DNA of 57,914 nucleotides, the filler included, from Gonapodya sp. JEL0774 (lineage: Eukaryota), in assembly GCA_027604505.1 (NCBI GenBank). It is 4 parts of 4 records of this genome, joined end to end, with 100 filler letters (N's around TTAATTAATTAA, not from the genome) between each part and the next. Parts side by side here need not be neighbours in the genome. Positions count along the whole stretch, not along the records: positions 29,153 to 43,518 come from JADIIX010000313.1; positions 43,619 to 57,914 come from JADIIX010000314.1; 2 more parts are not named here. One strand, given 5' to 3'. Each line of letters opens with the position of its first letter. Positions within the stretch are counted from its first letter, which is position 1. A model generated the notes under the pieces. That model was not told the DNA's origin, did no database searches, and was given only the letters and a program-made list of their open reading frames with translations. Made by a program: the position numbers and the translations under genes. Positions 36,914 to 47,852 of the stretch are shown piece after piece.

Positions 36914-38143
36914 GATCGGCGTTTTGCTTGTTTAATTTTTTTGTTAGTATGTAATTCTTGGACTGTGAAAACGTTGAGTGAAGCGTGATGTTCATTTTAT
37001 GTATCTCAGTACCTCTGTTGAGTTGCGTCGGTCTCGGAGAGGAGCTGCTTGCGTGCATGGGTCGGTGGATGTGGCACAGCAGGAGGGCGGATAAACCGCC
37101 AAGGGGGAATTCACCCGGGGGGGAACGGACAGCAGTGTTATAGTGTTATGGGTGGCGAAGAGAGAACGAAAAAAAGAAGATTTGTTTTGTGGAGGGGAGT
37201 TTGGAGCTGTTGGGATGACAACAGAATATGGCAACCGAGACAAACAACGTAACGCAATACGTGGCACCAACCACTTCGCACCACTTAGTTGCCACAAATG
37301 AGTCTAGCTCCATTCTGGGCTTTTATACAGAAGGAGCGTACATGAGTATACACGTGGCGAACGGGAAGACAGTAGACGCCAGAAGGCAGAAGAAAGCAAA
37401 CGATTCAGAGCAGGTGGGATGGTCGATGGCGTACGGTGAATCCCAACAGAACGATTGACGCAACCCTCATGCGTCGACTGCAATGAGTGCAACGGCCACG
37501 TCAATGTGTCCGGATGGTGACGTGGGCATTTGCTGGATGGGCTGCGGCCGTGGCTGCGGTCATGAAGTGTGCACGGTGTCGCCACTCTGCTCTGGTGTCC
37601 CTCGAGTGAGTCAACCAACATCCAAACCACTTCAAACACTTCAACACACAGCAGCGGTGAGTCGGAGCGGGGGACAGGAGGGGGAACTGGGTGGGGATGG
37701 AATGGAAGGCGGGGACGGGAGGCACGAGAAAGAGGGTGGCAGGAATGTGGAAGGAAGACACCCATGGATGGGGCATGCGACTCGCGCAGACGGTACACGG
37801 GGACAAGGGACGGGCAAAGCGCATGTGGTGTTGGAGAAGAAGAAAACGTGCCTAGTGTGCTGGTGGCGGATCTGGGCTGAGGAGTGTGGGCCTGTTCGCG
37901 GTTGGACAGGTGACTCACAGCACACCACGCGAACCACACCGCACGTGTGCGAACGACGCGGCGGGGAACGGAACAATGTGGCGGAATGGGTGGGGGAGAT
38001 GGATGTCGTTTGGGTTTCTGTGTCCGAGTGTTGGGATCAAGCGGTGCCACCGGTCGTGCCGGGTTGGTGGACACATGGTACCCAGTACATACGGCTCTAC
38101 ACGAATCTCACTCCGCCTGCGACCCATCAACCCACCCAGCACA

Positions 38144-39043
38144 ATGTCCCTGTCCCTCTCCACCATCCCCCTCCGCTCCTCCTCCCTCTCCCGCACCATC
38201 TCTCTCTCCCCCTCCCTCGTCCGCCTCTACTCCCCCAAAAAGAAAGATGACTCCACCCCCGCACCCCCCCCTTCCACCGCCCACATCCCCACCACCGGCT
38301 CGGCCCGCACCGGCGGCGGCGTGTTCTCCCAGAAACAGGCCGCCCAGGAAGACCAGTGGGCCTACTCGCACGACAAGGAGCTGTTCGAGAGGCTGGCCAA
38401 GAAACTCAAGGCAAAGGTGGAGTACCACCCCGAGAGTCCCGTGGTGGCCAAGGGGGACGCGGAGGCCGGGATCGGGGTGGCAGGAGGACCAGGGGAGAAG
38501 GCGAAGGAACAGGGAACGTCGCCGATACTGGGCGGACAGGCCAGTGTAGCCACGGGGTCGTTTGGAAGGAAGCAGGCGGCGCAAGAAGATCAGTGTGAGT
38601 GTATCAAGGGGGACGGGTAGGGGGATGGAGGGCGCCGAAGCGTTGAGGAGGAGTCCGTGGTGGGCCGTGGTGTGGAGGTGCGGTTCGCCGGCGGTTCGAC
38701 CTTGTGTGTATGAAACCCACCCTTAAACCGCGCCGTGCGAGAGAATGGGAGTGTCCAGTGTCCGGGTTGGGTTTGGTTCCGCCCACGGTGTCCCGCGGGA
38801 TCGCGTGCTCCGTGCATGGACGGGCCCTGGTCCCCGCGCCCCGGCTCGTTTCCGTGCCGTGCCGTGCGGACAACCGTTCGCACCCTTGTACGCTCGTCCC
38901 ATTGTTCCGTTATCGTATGCTCACCGTCTTCGTACTCTGTCGTGCACCTGTTACTCCCACCCACCCGCATCACCACTCACCCCCGCGCAGACATTTACGA
39001 ACACGACAAGGAACTGCTGAGCAAGATCAACAAGAAGGCGTGA
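38144..39043 (+). CDS. Mitochondrial F1Fo-ATPase inhibitor (IF1/Inh1/Stf1)-like protein with two inhibitor modules
   Basis: Exons 38144-38594 and 38991-39043 (167 aa). Presequence ends ...LVRLYS. Module 1 is GSARTGGGVFSQKQAAQEDQWAYSHDKELFERLAKKL; module 2 is ATGSFGRKQAAQEDQYIYEHDKELLSKINKKA. Compare IF1 GGAFGKREQAEEERYF. Confidence 0.82.
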
Positions 39044-39134
39044 AATTGCGGGGCACGGGGGTGTGCAGGGTGTGAAGGGCGCGAATGTGTGACATCGGAG
39101 AGGCGTGGGCGGTGCGTGAAGGATGCAGACGCCA

Positions 39135-39160
39135 GTGGTGGTGGTGGTGGTGGTGGTGGT
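39135..39160. repeat. (GGT)n microsatellite
   Basis: About 8 perfect GGT units. Confidence 0.9.
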
Positions 39161-39644
39161 CTCGTGCCGCGTAGGATGATGCCGTGGGGTTGTGGGGGTT
39201 GACGAAAGCGGAAGCGGGGCGGTGTGGGCATATTGTGGGTTAGGATTCGGGATTCACCAGCATGAGGGCCGCCAGCCACGGGCTCCCACTCACCCCAGTC
39301 CCCAGTCTCGGCGTGTGTACGTACGTCGTAGAACGGTCCAGGCGAAATGTACATGGAAGCGCCCCCACTCCGACTGATGCATCGTGTGCCACCTGAGATG
39401 ACCGCGCCCAACCTGAGATGACCGCGCAAAAAAAATATACTGATAATAATAAATAGATTCCGGTAAAACATCGTGGTGTGCGTGCGTGGGTGTCGGTGGG
39501 GTCCATGTATTTCCATGTGTCGATATACGTGGGAAGGTGCGTGTCGTGGACGGTACCCTGTTGTGCTGCAACCAGATCCGAACCCATCAGCATCAGCCCG
39601 TCGCAGTTCATCGAATTCATTGGTTTCGCCCGCTCCTACCAAAT

Positions 39645-41060
39645 ATGACCACTCCCCGCGCGCCACTCTCCCTTCTCGAACTCTTACCCCTCGAGATCCT
39701 CCACTCCATATTCCGACTCGTGGCCCCACGCACGTTCTACTCAGTTATCCCCCGCCTGTCCCGCCATCTTGGTGCCGCATCGCTCGATGCGATCCCTGGT
39801 TGTGCGCGGGACGAGATCGCGGTCCGGTTGGAAACCAACCTGGAAAGCGACCCGGGGCAGTGGAACGGTCCTCGTTCCTTCATCCACAACCAATTCGTCG
39901 ACGTCGTGGGACCGACGGGACTCGTGTGGGTGGCTATCACGTCGTCGTGGTATTGTACACCGGAGGAGTGCGAGGAGAGGTTGGGTTCGGGCGGGAATCA
40001 TGATCGGGTTTGCGAGGAAGTTGTGACGGGTCTAGTGCGCAACGAGGACAAGACCAGACACACGAGAATCAACCAATTGAGCAGAGGTCGTGTGAAAATC
40101 GTTGCGGGGACATTTTTTGGGGAGGAGATGCTACCACGGCTGAATGAGTTGCTCCCACACATTGCACATCACGCCAGACGATACCACATTCGAGAAGTGC
40201 GCATCGGCTGGCAAGAACACGAGAATGCGTTTGAAAGCCTGTCGCAAGGATACGAGATGGATTCGGTGACTTCTCTTTCGACCTTCCTGCCGGCAGGCAT
40301 GTCTGCACAATCAGCTGACGATTATGGGGCGAGTGCCGCCGCCGTGCACTGGATTGCTCGACTCTTGAAACTGTTTCCCTCAGCATGCAAACTGAGTGGA
40401 GCAATGTTTTCTCCCCCGTGGGACAGCGCTCGGGACTTGGTGTTGAGTTACGTTCCTCAAGAACGTCGGTGCGGTGTCAAGAGTCTCAGCATTGAGAGTC
40501 GGCCAACCTACTATCGACAAAATCCTCGCTATAGTTTGCTTCTTGCCCCTTCGGTGTATCCCAATCTCCAAGATTTGGGCACCTTCATGGTGGTTTTGGA
40601 TGCTCACTCTGATGGAAGGTACACTTTTCACGAACGCATTCTGACTGGATCCAAGTTGCAGGATGTGATTCCCTTGACCCAAATTGAAAATGTCACAATG
40701 GAAATCATTTTCAGATGCACCAATTCCACCGCTCCCGCTGAAACGGGAGAATCGGCCGCTGTTCCTGATGGGAGCAGTACCGACTTCATCGCTGCGCTGA
40801 CCTACCTCTTCCCCAACCTCAAGAGCCTCCACCTCCGGCTAGTATCAACAGATGATGCCTTGCGTTCCATGGGATTTTTTCTATCCAGCCTGGTTGCGTG
40901 GTCGGCCGAAAGGCGATCCACTGATCTGGTTATACTTTCGTATGCACGCTCTCGTTACGATGATTTAGGTCCAGAGCACCCCTATTGGTCGTCCGTGTTG
41001 AAAGGATGGAATGGAATTCACAATTCTAGGATCGTGACGGGCGGGAGAAGGATGAATTAG
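39645..41060 (+). CDS. Intronless lineage-specific F-box protein (471 aa) with an LRR-like C-terminal region
   Basis: N-terminal LLELLPLEILHSIFRLV...IPRLSRHL F-box. Later FPSACKLS, YPNLQDL and FPNLKSLHL motifs. Long uninterrupted ORF. Confidence 0.75.
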   Translation: MTTPRAPLSLLELLPLEILHSIFRLVAPRTFYSVIPRLSRHLGAASLDAIPGCARDEIAVRLETNLESDPGQWNGPRSFIHNQFVDVVGPTGLVWVAITSSWYCTPEECEERLGSGGNHDRVCEEVVTGLVRNEDKTRHTRINQLSRGRVKIVAGTFFGEEMLPRLNELLPHIAHHARRYHIREVRIGWQEHENAFESLSQGYEMDSVTSLSTFLPAGMSAQSADDYGASAAAVHWIARLLKLFPSACKLSGAMFSPPWDSARDLVLSYVPQERRCGVKSLSIESRPTYYRQNPRYSLLLAPSVYPNLQDLGTFMVVLDAHSDGRYTFHERILTGSKLQDVIPLTQIENVTMEIIFRCTNSTAPAETGESAAVPDGSSTDFIAALTYLFPNLKSLHLRLVSTDDALRSMGFFLSSLVAWSAERRSTDLVILSYARSRYDDLGPEHPYWSSVLKGWNGIHNSRIVTGGRRMN

Positions 41061-42369
41061 AGGTGATTCAAGTTGGGCAAGAGTGACGTGCAATTGGATC
41101 TCATGTTGCCGTTGTAGTGATCCTTGATAGACTAGACGGACTCGATGTCATTGTCACACAGTCGAGGATGCCCAGACTTACTGGACGCACATGGCTATTT
41201 CTTCGGATTATTCGGATTCGGACGCTGGCTGATGACAATTCAGGTTCAGGGACGGCGTGCTACATCACTTGGTTGTTTTGATTGCCTGATGTGGGCGAGA
41301 CATATGCACGAAGTATTCATGCAGTGTAAACCTCCGTACGTTACCTACGGAATTCACTCACAATAATTTTTCTATACGAAATACACAATCAATTGAAGTT
41401 TTGCTGTCATCTCTGTTTCTCGGCGTGGGGTGTCGAACCAGGAAAGCTTTACTGGACGAACCGCACACAAGTCCCGTAAGCACATCAATAGAGAGCGTCG
41501 AAGCGCCATCAAGCGACTTGGTGGCCGCAACGGTCAGGTTCAGTGAATAGGAGACAAACACCTCGAGCTCTCCTGGGTGGTCTGTTGGGTACACGAGGTG
41601 TACAGGACAGAGAAAGTGACAGCGTGCCGTGTGGTGTTGGGGGTGGGACAGAAGGAACTCCAGAAACCTCAGTCGCATCTTTCGGACTAGGCTACGGCTC
41701 GTCGGGGCTTTCATAGTCGCCACAGATCGCAATATGCAAAGGTCTGGAGGTGGTAGGACACGACGTGTGTGCACATCTTTACTTTTGGTACGAAGTATGT
41801 GGTCGGAATCGGGTGCAGACCTTTCATTGATTTGAGTACATCGCGGTGCAGATGCGGGGGACATCACTCGAGGGAGAGGCTGGTGCCAACGACACCATGA
41901 TCCTTTCTCTAAATTATGCTTCATTCTCATTCTATTGTGCCCGAAGTTTCCCACGATCTCCAGTCCATCCATGGTCGCTGGCCCGCGGTGGCCATTTGTG
42001 ACGAACGTCCAAATCAAGACTGACTGTTGCGTGATGGGTCCCCGAGGAAGGGGAGAGGGTAGGGGTACCAAGAAAAATCTGCATAGCGTGCGATGGATTG
42101 CGAGTTGGAATGGTGATTTCGCATTTTTATTAGTCTGTTGGAGTTTGTGTACTCCCTGTCGGTGGTTGATGTTCCATATTCTGGGCATCATCCCGTTTTC
42201 TGCTGACCCAGGAAGCAAAGAGCCAAAAGAGCGGAGGTACGTACTTTGCGAATAGAAACGCGACCGCCCATACTTATCGCGAACATCACGGGAAAAATCC
42301 CAACCCGTCCCACCCCAGGCAGCCATCGCTCATCACCCATCAACCCTCATTCTCCAACCGCCTGTCCCC

Positions 42370-43367
42370 ATGTCCTTCACAACCCCTTCCCTCGCCTCCT
42401 TACCCCCCGAGGTCCTTCTCTCCCTCGGCGAGCATCTCCCGCACCGCCACGCCCTCCCGGCCCCACTCCCAGCCTGAACCGCACTCTCGCCCGCATTTTC
42501 CGCACTCCGTCAAACATCGCCGCCAGGCCACTCTCGCGGTACAAGAGTCCGACCAAGGCGGTCGTTGTGGAAGGGTGGAGGGTGGAGCCTGAGGCGACGC
42601 GGGTTGTGGAGCATATTGTTCAGCGCGTGGAACGGACGGCGGCAGGGAAGGTCCGGGGAGGAGGAGCCGGTGTAATGCCTCGACGGTAAATGACTTGTCG
42701 TCTCTGTTCCCTCCGGATCTTTCTGCGCTCGATTGTCCTGCGGAAGTCGATGAGAAAGTGGGCAAGCTCGTGGTCGTTCTCAAGGCTCTCCACCGGTTGG
42801 GATCCGACCTCCACGGGCACAACGACTTGATCCTCCGACTCGCCGTGACACGTGGTGAAAAGACGCTCGTGGGAGTGCTTCTGGACATGGGCGCCGAAGT
42901 CGGCGCGGGACAGATGTCCCGGAACCTTGTGCACATGGTACAGGTCGCTCCCCAACAAAGAAAAGCCTACATGCTCCGCTCGGCCTTGGTCATCGCTGCG
43001 GAATCAGGCAACGTGGAAATGATGACGCTCTTGTTGAACAGGGCAAGAACTGCCCCCGACCGAACCCGACGACTTCGCCATGCGCAGTGCGGTCACCGCT
43101 GCGGTGTGGGCAGGTCGTTCGCACATGATCACATCGCTCTTAGACCACGGAGCCGAGCTGAACGGTGGGAACCAGGACGTGCTCCTCCAAGTGACGCTGG
43201 AGATGGGTTGGTACCACGTGATCCGACTGCTCTCGCGAAAGGGGCTGGACGTGGCAGGGGCCACGGTGACCCAAGCTCCTATGGAACTCAGGGACTCAGA
43301 GATGCATCAGGAGGGAGTGAGCATCGTGGAGAAACATCGCAGGATACTGGGATTGGCCAGGAAGTAG
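42370..43367 (+). pseudogene. F-box/ankyrin-repeat pseudogene with about three frameshifts
   Basis: MSFTTPSLASLPPEVLLSLGEHL (F-box) stops at ~42477. Coding continues in another frame (SLNRTLARIFRTPSNIAAR), shifts again near 42660-42690 (LRLAVTRGEKTLVGVLLDMGA, SALVIAAESGNVEMMTLLL), and again near 43060 (AVTAAVWAGRSHMITSLLDHGA). No splice sites were seen that explain the shifts. Confidence 0.78.
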
Positions 43368-43518
43368 TACATAATAGGAGTGAGCGCGTGAACAGAAATA
43401 CGGACCAACTTCACGTGTGACGCACGATTGGGAATTTCAATGAGAACAGTTGATAAACGAGATTTCTGTCGAATACGTAATTTGGTACCTCGTGTCATAT
43501 TGTAAGTTGAATCGATCA

Positions 43519-43618
43519 NNNNNNNNNNNNNNNNNNNNNNNNNNNNNNNNNNNNNNNNNNNNTTAATTAATTAANNNNNNNNNNNNNNNNNNNNNNNNNN
43601 NNNNNNNNNNNNNNNNNN
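43519..43618. other. Artificial scaffold linker (44N-TTAATTAATTAA-44N)
   Basis: Same 100-nt spacer as at 14530. Confidence 0.97.
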
Positions 43619-46600
43619 TCGGTAATGTAGCAGACGCTTTGAGCTCCTTGTACTTCCGGGCCAAGTCCTGATATCGGGTCTGATGGTGCCATGATGGCAT
43701 GGGAACATAAGCGGAAGTCCATTCAGAGCGATAAACGTTCTGCGAGTCCCCAGGCGGCCTCCAACTCACCTGCAGCTTCGTCACTGAGGCCTGCAGTGCT
43801 TCATTCTCCGTTAAGGCCGCCAAATACTTGTCCGCATACTCATCTTGGACAGCGTCCTTGCCAAGTGCAACTGCTTTCTGCATTTTCTCCTGGAGCTGAG
43901 ACATGGCGCTATTTCGCTCCTTCACCGTAGCAGTCAACTCGTCCTTGAATCTCTCCCTTGCATTGTCCCGTTCCTTCAGTGCCGCAGCGACTTCAATCTT
44001 GAGGTCGGCAACCAACTCGTCCCTCTGCTTCACCAAGTCATCCTTTTCCTTCTCCAGTCGTTCTGAAGCGACTTCCTTGTCCCTTACCACTTCTTGCAAT
44101 TCTTCTATCTCCCTTCTTAACTGGACCACTACCTCTTGCACACCGTTGAGTTCCTCCCGCAACCCCTCAGCAACCCTCTCCGCCTCCTCCTTCCTCAGTT
44201 GCTCCTCTTCTAACTGCCTCTGCACATCCATCAATTCACTATCAGCCTCACTCAAATCCACAGTCAAGTTGTCTTTCGCAGCTTGCATCTCAGCAATCTC
44301 CTCACGCGCATGTTGCAAAGAAGCGTAAGCCTCAGTCAGCCGCGCATTAGTCTGCGCCAACTCGAGCTCCTTCGCCTTGACTTGTCCCTCCGCCAGCCGC
44401 AAATCGATTCTGAGTTCCTCACATTCCTCGAGTGCCCGGTTCTTCTGCATTTTCTCCTTACTGGCCTCGTCCGCCCATCTGTTCGCTTCCTCCCTCGCCT
44501 CGGTCACCCTTCGTTCAGCGTCACTTGCAACGGTTCTCGCTGAGTCACGGTCCGATACAGTTTCGGCGAGACGTGAACGAAGGTGAACCAGCTCGGTTTC
44601 CATTGATCGCATGAGTTCCTGCTCTCTTATCACCGTGGAAACTGCTCCGTCCCGTTCCGCTGTAGTCACTGAGAGTCTGGATTCCAGCAGAGTGGCTGCT
44701 TCCCGAACCCGCCCAAGTTCATTTTGCAATTTGCTCAGCTCCGCTTCCCTCTCCATCACAAGTTGTCGCGCCCGCTCGACATCAATTGCAAAGTTTTCGA
44801 CATCCACGAGTCTCGTGCGTGTTGTATCCAACTCCGCATTGACTCTCGCCAGATCCCCTTCGAGCTTGTGGCGCGTATCCCCTTCAACCCTCAACGCTTC
44901 CTCTACCCTCGCTCTAGCTCCCACGACACTCTCCACCTCCCTCCGCAAGTCCAGCACGTCACGATTTGCCCGCTCGAGTTCCGCCTCAACATTTTCCAAT
45001 CGTTCGCGAACTCTAATCACCACCTCGGCATCTTCGTCTGCCATCCGTTTACTCTGACGTTCCACTTCTTCTGCCCTGGACTCGGCCATGATCGCACGGT
45101 CCCTCCACGCTTCGAGATCCGTCCCAAGCTCCCCACACCGCCGCTCAGCTCCTTTTAGCGCACCCCGGAGCCCCTCTACATCCCCAATCAATTGCTCAAC
45201 CCGTTCTGCTCTCTCCTTCCACTCTCTTACGGCACCCTCCACTTCCACCAGCTTTTCTTCAGCGCTGGCAAGAGCGCATTTGAACTCCTCCACCTCCCCA
45301 TCCCTTTGCTCCAGAGCCCACCTGGCCTCCTCCACCTCCCGCCTCGCCTCGTTCCTCTCCTCCTCCAACGCTCGCACGTAGGGCTCCATCTCCTTCCACA
45401 CATCCTCGCTCCTCTGTTCCCGCTCCGCAGCGAGCGAGAGCTCCGCTCGAGTATTGTCCAGATCCACCGCTAGCCCGTCTCGCTGTCCCTCGGTCTCAGC
45501 AAGTCTGGCAGTCACGCGGTCCACTTCGCGTTTCAAGTCCTCCATAGTCCTCACTGCGTGGTCCCGATCACTTCCGGCACGTTGTAGCTCCCCAGTGGCC
45601 TCCGCATACCGCCTTCCCACCTCTGCCAACTCCCTCTCCATTTCACTGACCTGATCGTCTGCCTTCTCCAGCGCGTGGGCGAGTTCGACGGCTATGGAAG
45701 GGTCAAGTTCAATTGTTGAGGGAGATGGGATGGGTGGAGGCGAGGCGACGGTCCGTGGTTGTGGTGTCGACGGAGGTGCGAGGGAGGACAGGTGAGACTG
45801 GAGATCAGCGATTTCCGATTCCAGGAGAGAGACACGAGCACGGAGGAGGGACGAGGAGGACCGTTCTGACGAAAGAGCCTAGGAAAATGGTTAATGGGGA
45901 GGGTTTCGGTATGCGGGCACGAGATGTCGGGATTGCATCACCACGTGCGCTAAAAGCCGACTGAAATCGGCATCTAAGATGCATTTTACACACCCTTTCA
46001 GCTTCCAAGCGCTCTTTATGCGCCTCTTGCAACTCCTCGGCGCATCTGTCCAGTTCCTCGCCGGTTTCGTCCAAAAGTTCCCTCTGCTCGCGAACGCGGT
46101 CTTCAAGGAGGGCTATACGGGCGATAGGGTCTTCTGAGCGGGATGGCGATGTGGGGATGATTCGTGTTAGTACGGGTGAGGAAAGATGGGAACGGGTTGG
46201 GGTCTGGGGAATCCGGAACGGTCGAGGAGGTAGGTGTTCGCTGTAGGAGTCCGTCATACGCATCGAGACGTCAGCGGATGAAGTTGAAGAGTTTGAGCTG
46301 GATCGGCGGGTAGGGGTTTCAGGTCGTGCGGTTATTTTGGAGGCGGAAGGTTCCCGCCTCTCGTCAACTTCGCGGCCAGGCCGGGCAGCACTGGCCGGTG
46401 GTTCGTCGAGTTCAGCGAGATCGAGATCCGGCTCCGTGTGGAAATCATTTTCCTCCATATTTTGACCACTGGGTCCATCTGTCGGATTTCGACTCGGAAG
46501 TTCCTGTTGCTCTGCGGAAGCAATATCTCGCACCAACAGCTCCTGCAACCGTTTCTCCGCGTCCTGTGCCCTTTTTCTCTCTTTTTCGAGCTCAGAGTAG

Positions 46601-47257
46601 GCGAAGTCGGCAGCCTGGACCGCTTCTCTGATTGCGTCCGAGTCAATATCTGCTTGGACCTCGAGCTGGGCAATCCGGAGCCGAAGAGAAGTGGGTGTAG
46701 CTGGCAGGGGGGTTTTAGGACCGATACGGCTTCGTCTTCGAGTGGGTGTGGATGGAACGTATCGGAACGGTGATGCCGGAGGAGCACTGCAATAGGTAGT
46801 TGGAAAGTGCAGGGGCGTGCCAGTGGTGAAAGGACTAGGAAACGAGGCGAGAGGAGTCCCTGTGATGCTCTTCAACGGCGTTCTATGCAATTTTGTTGGA
46901 GTCCATTGAGGCGTTTGTCCGTCGTTTTCGTCGTTTCCGGACTTGCGACCAAATTGTCGATCCGCCGGTTTTGACAATGTGGAGACACTGTCCATGATCC
47001 ATCCCCGAACAACCGGCAAAGCGTCCTCCATCGTCACCGACACATCAGCCAGCACATCCTCGTCCAGCATCATTGAAAGTCTATTCTTCTTGTTTGTATC
47101 CGCGTCCGTTTCGGTATCTGTTAATTCGGCCACGGACTCTGCCGAATTCGTGACAACGACCGTCAAAACTGGCAACAGCGGTTCGATCTATCAAGCACTT
47201 CTCACTCTCACCTCGATTGATGTTTCCATCGTCCCATGGCGTCGTGATTCCTTCCAT
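43619..47257 (-). CDS. Large coiled-coil protein with a disordered S/T-P-rich N-terminus; 3' end cut by the scaffold end
   Basis: A 456-aa and a 692-aa ORF are joined by an intron (~45880-45993). More than 600 aa of E/R/A/L heptad sequence. The start at 47257 is tentative. Confidence 0.85.
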
Positions 47258-47852
47258 CGGTCCGGTTTCAGCTCAAGGCGGGGGACGTTCTGCGGGGCAG
47301 TATGACAGCATATCTGGTGTGCACAATCCTTGCTCGCATTCTCACAAAACTGCGAGAGAAGTGAATTGTCGACGCAGTTTCACTCTCAACTGGGATACAC
47401 TTGTTATGTGATTGCACGTATAGTCTTCTTATAGCAGGTCACACTGAATTTCAACAGCACGCACGAAACCAAATTAAACCTTCGCCCGAGAATGTAAAGA
47501 TCGATACCAATACAAATCAATGACCGATGTCAAAAAGAAAGGAACAGAATTTTTTAAAAAAGGTCCACAAAATAGATCCCTGCTGATACACAAAGGACAA
47601 CGGTGAATATGTGAGCGTCGTCCCTGGTTCCGCCCGTCGTGAGAAGGTGGTATCGACTTCGCGATATCGTTGGGTATCCTCGTCCTTTGTCACTAAATGG
47701 ACACAAGCACCGATCGCGCGTCCCCTCGAGTTTGTGTAAGCCCCTCCATCATCCACATTCCACACCTCCGCAAATGCTAGTCAACGAGCAGTTGTCGACA
47801 TTCGAATGCCTCCCAGTTCCAATCTCAGATTCGTGTCGGCGCAATCTCTCAC

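Noticed and set aside
25134..39043. ATP5 (OSCP) and IF1-like gene as an ATP synthase cluster
   Set aside because: They lie on different scaffolds separated by an artificial linker.
41358..42326. 322-aa minus-strand ORF
   Set aside because: No recognisable motif and atypical composition. It cannot be supported as a gene without expression or homology data.
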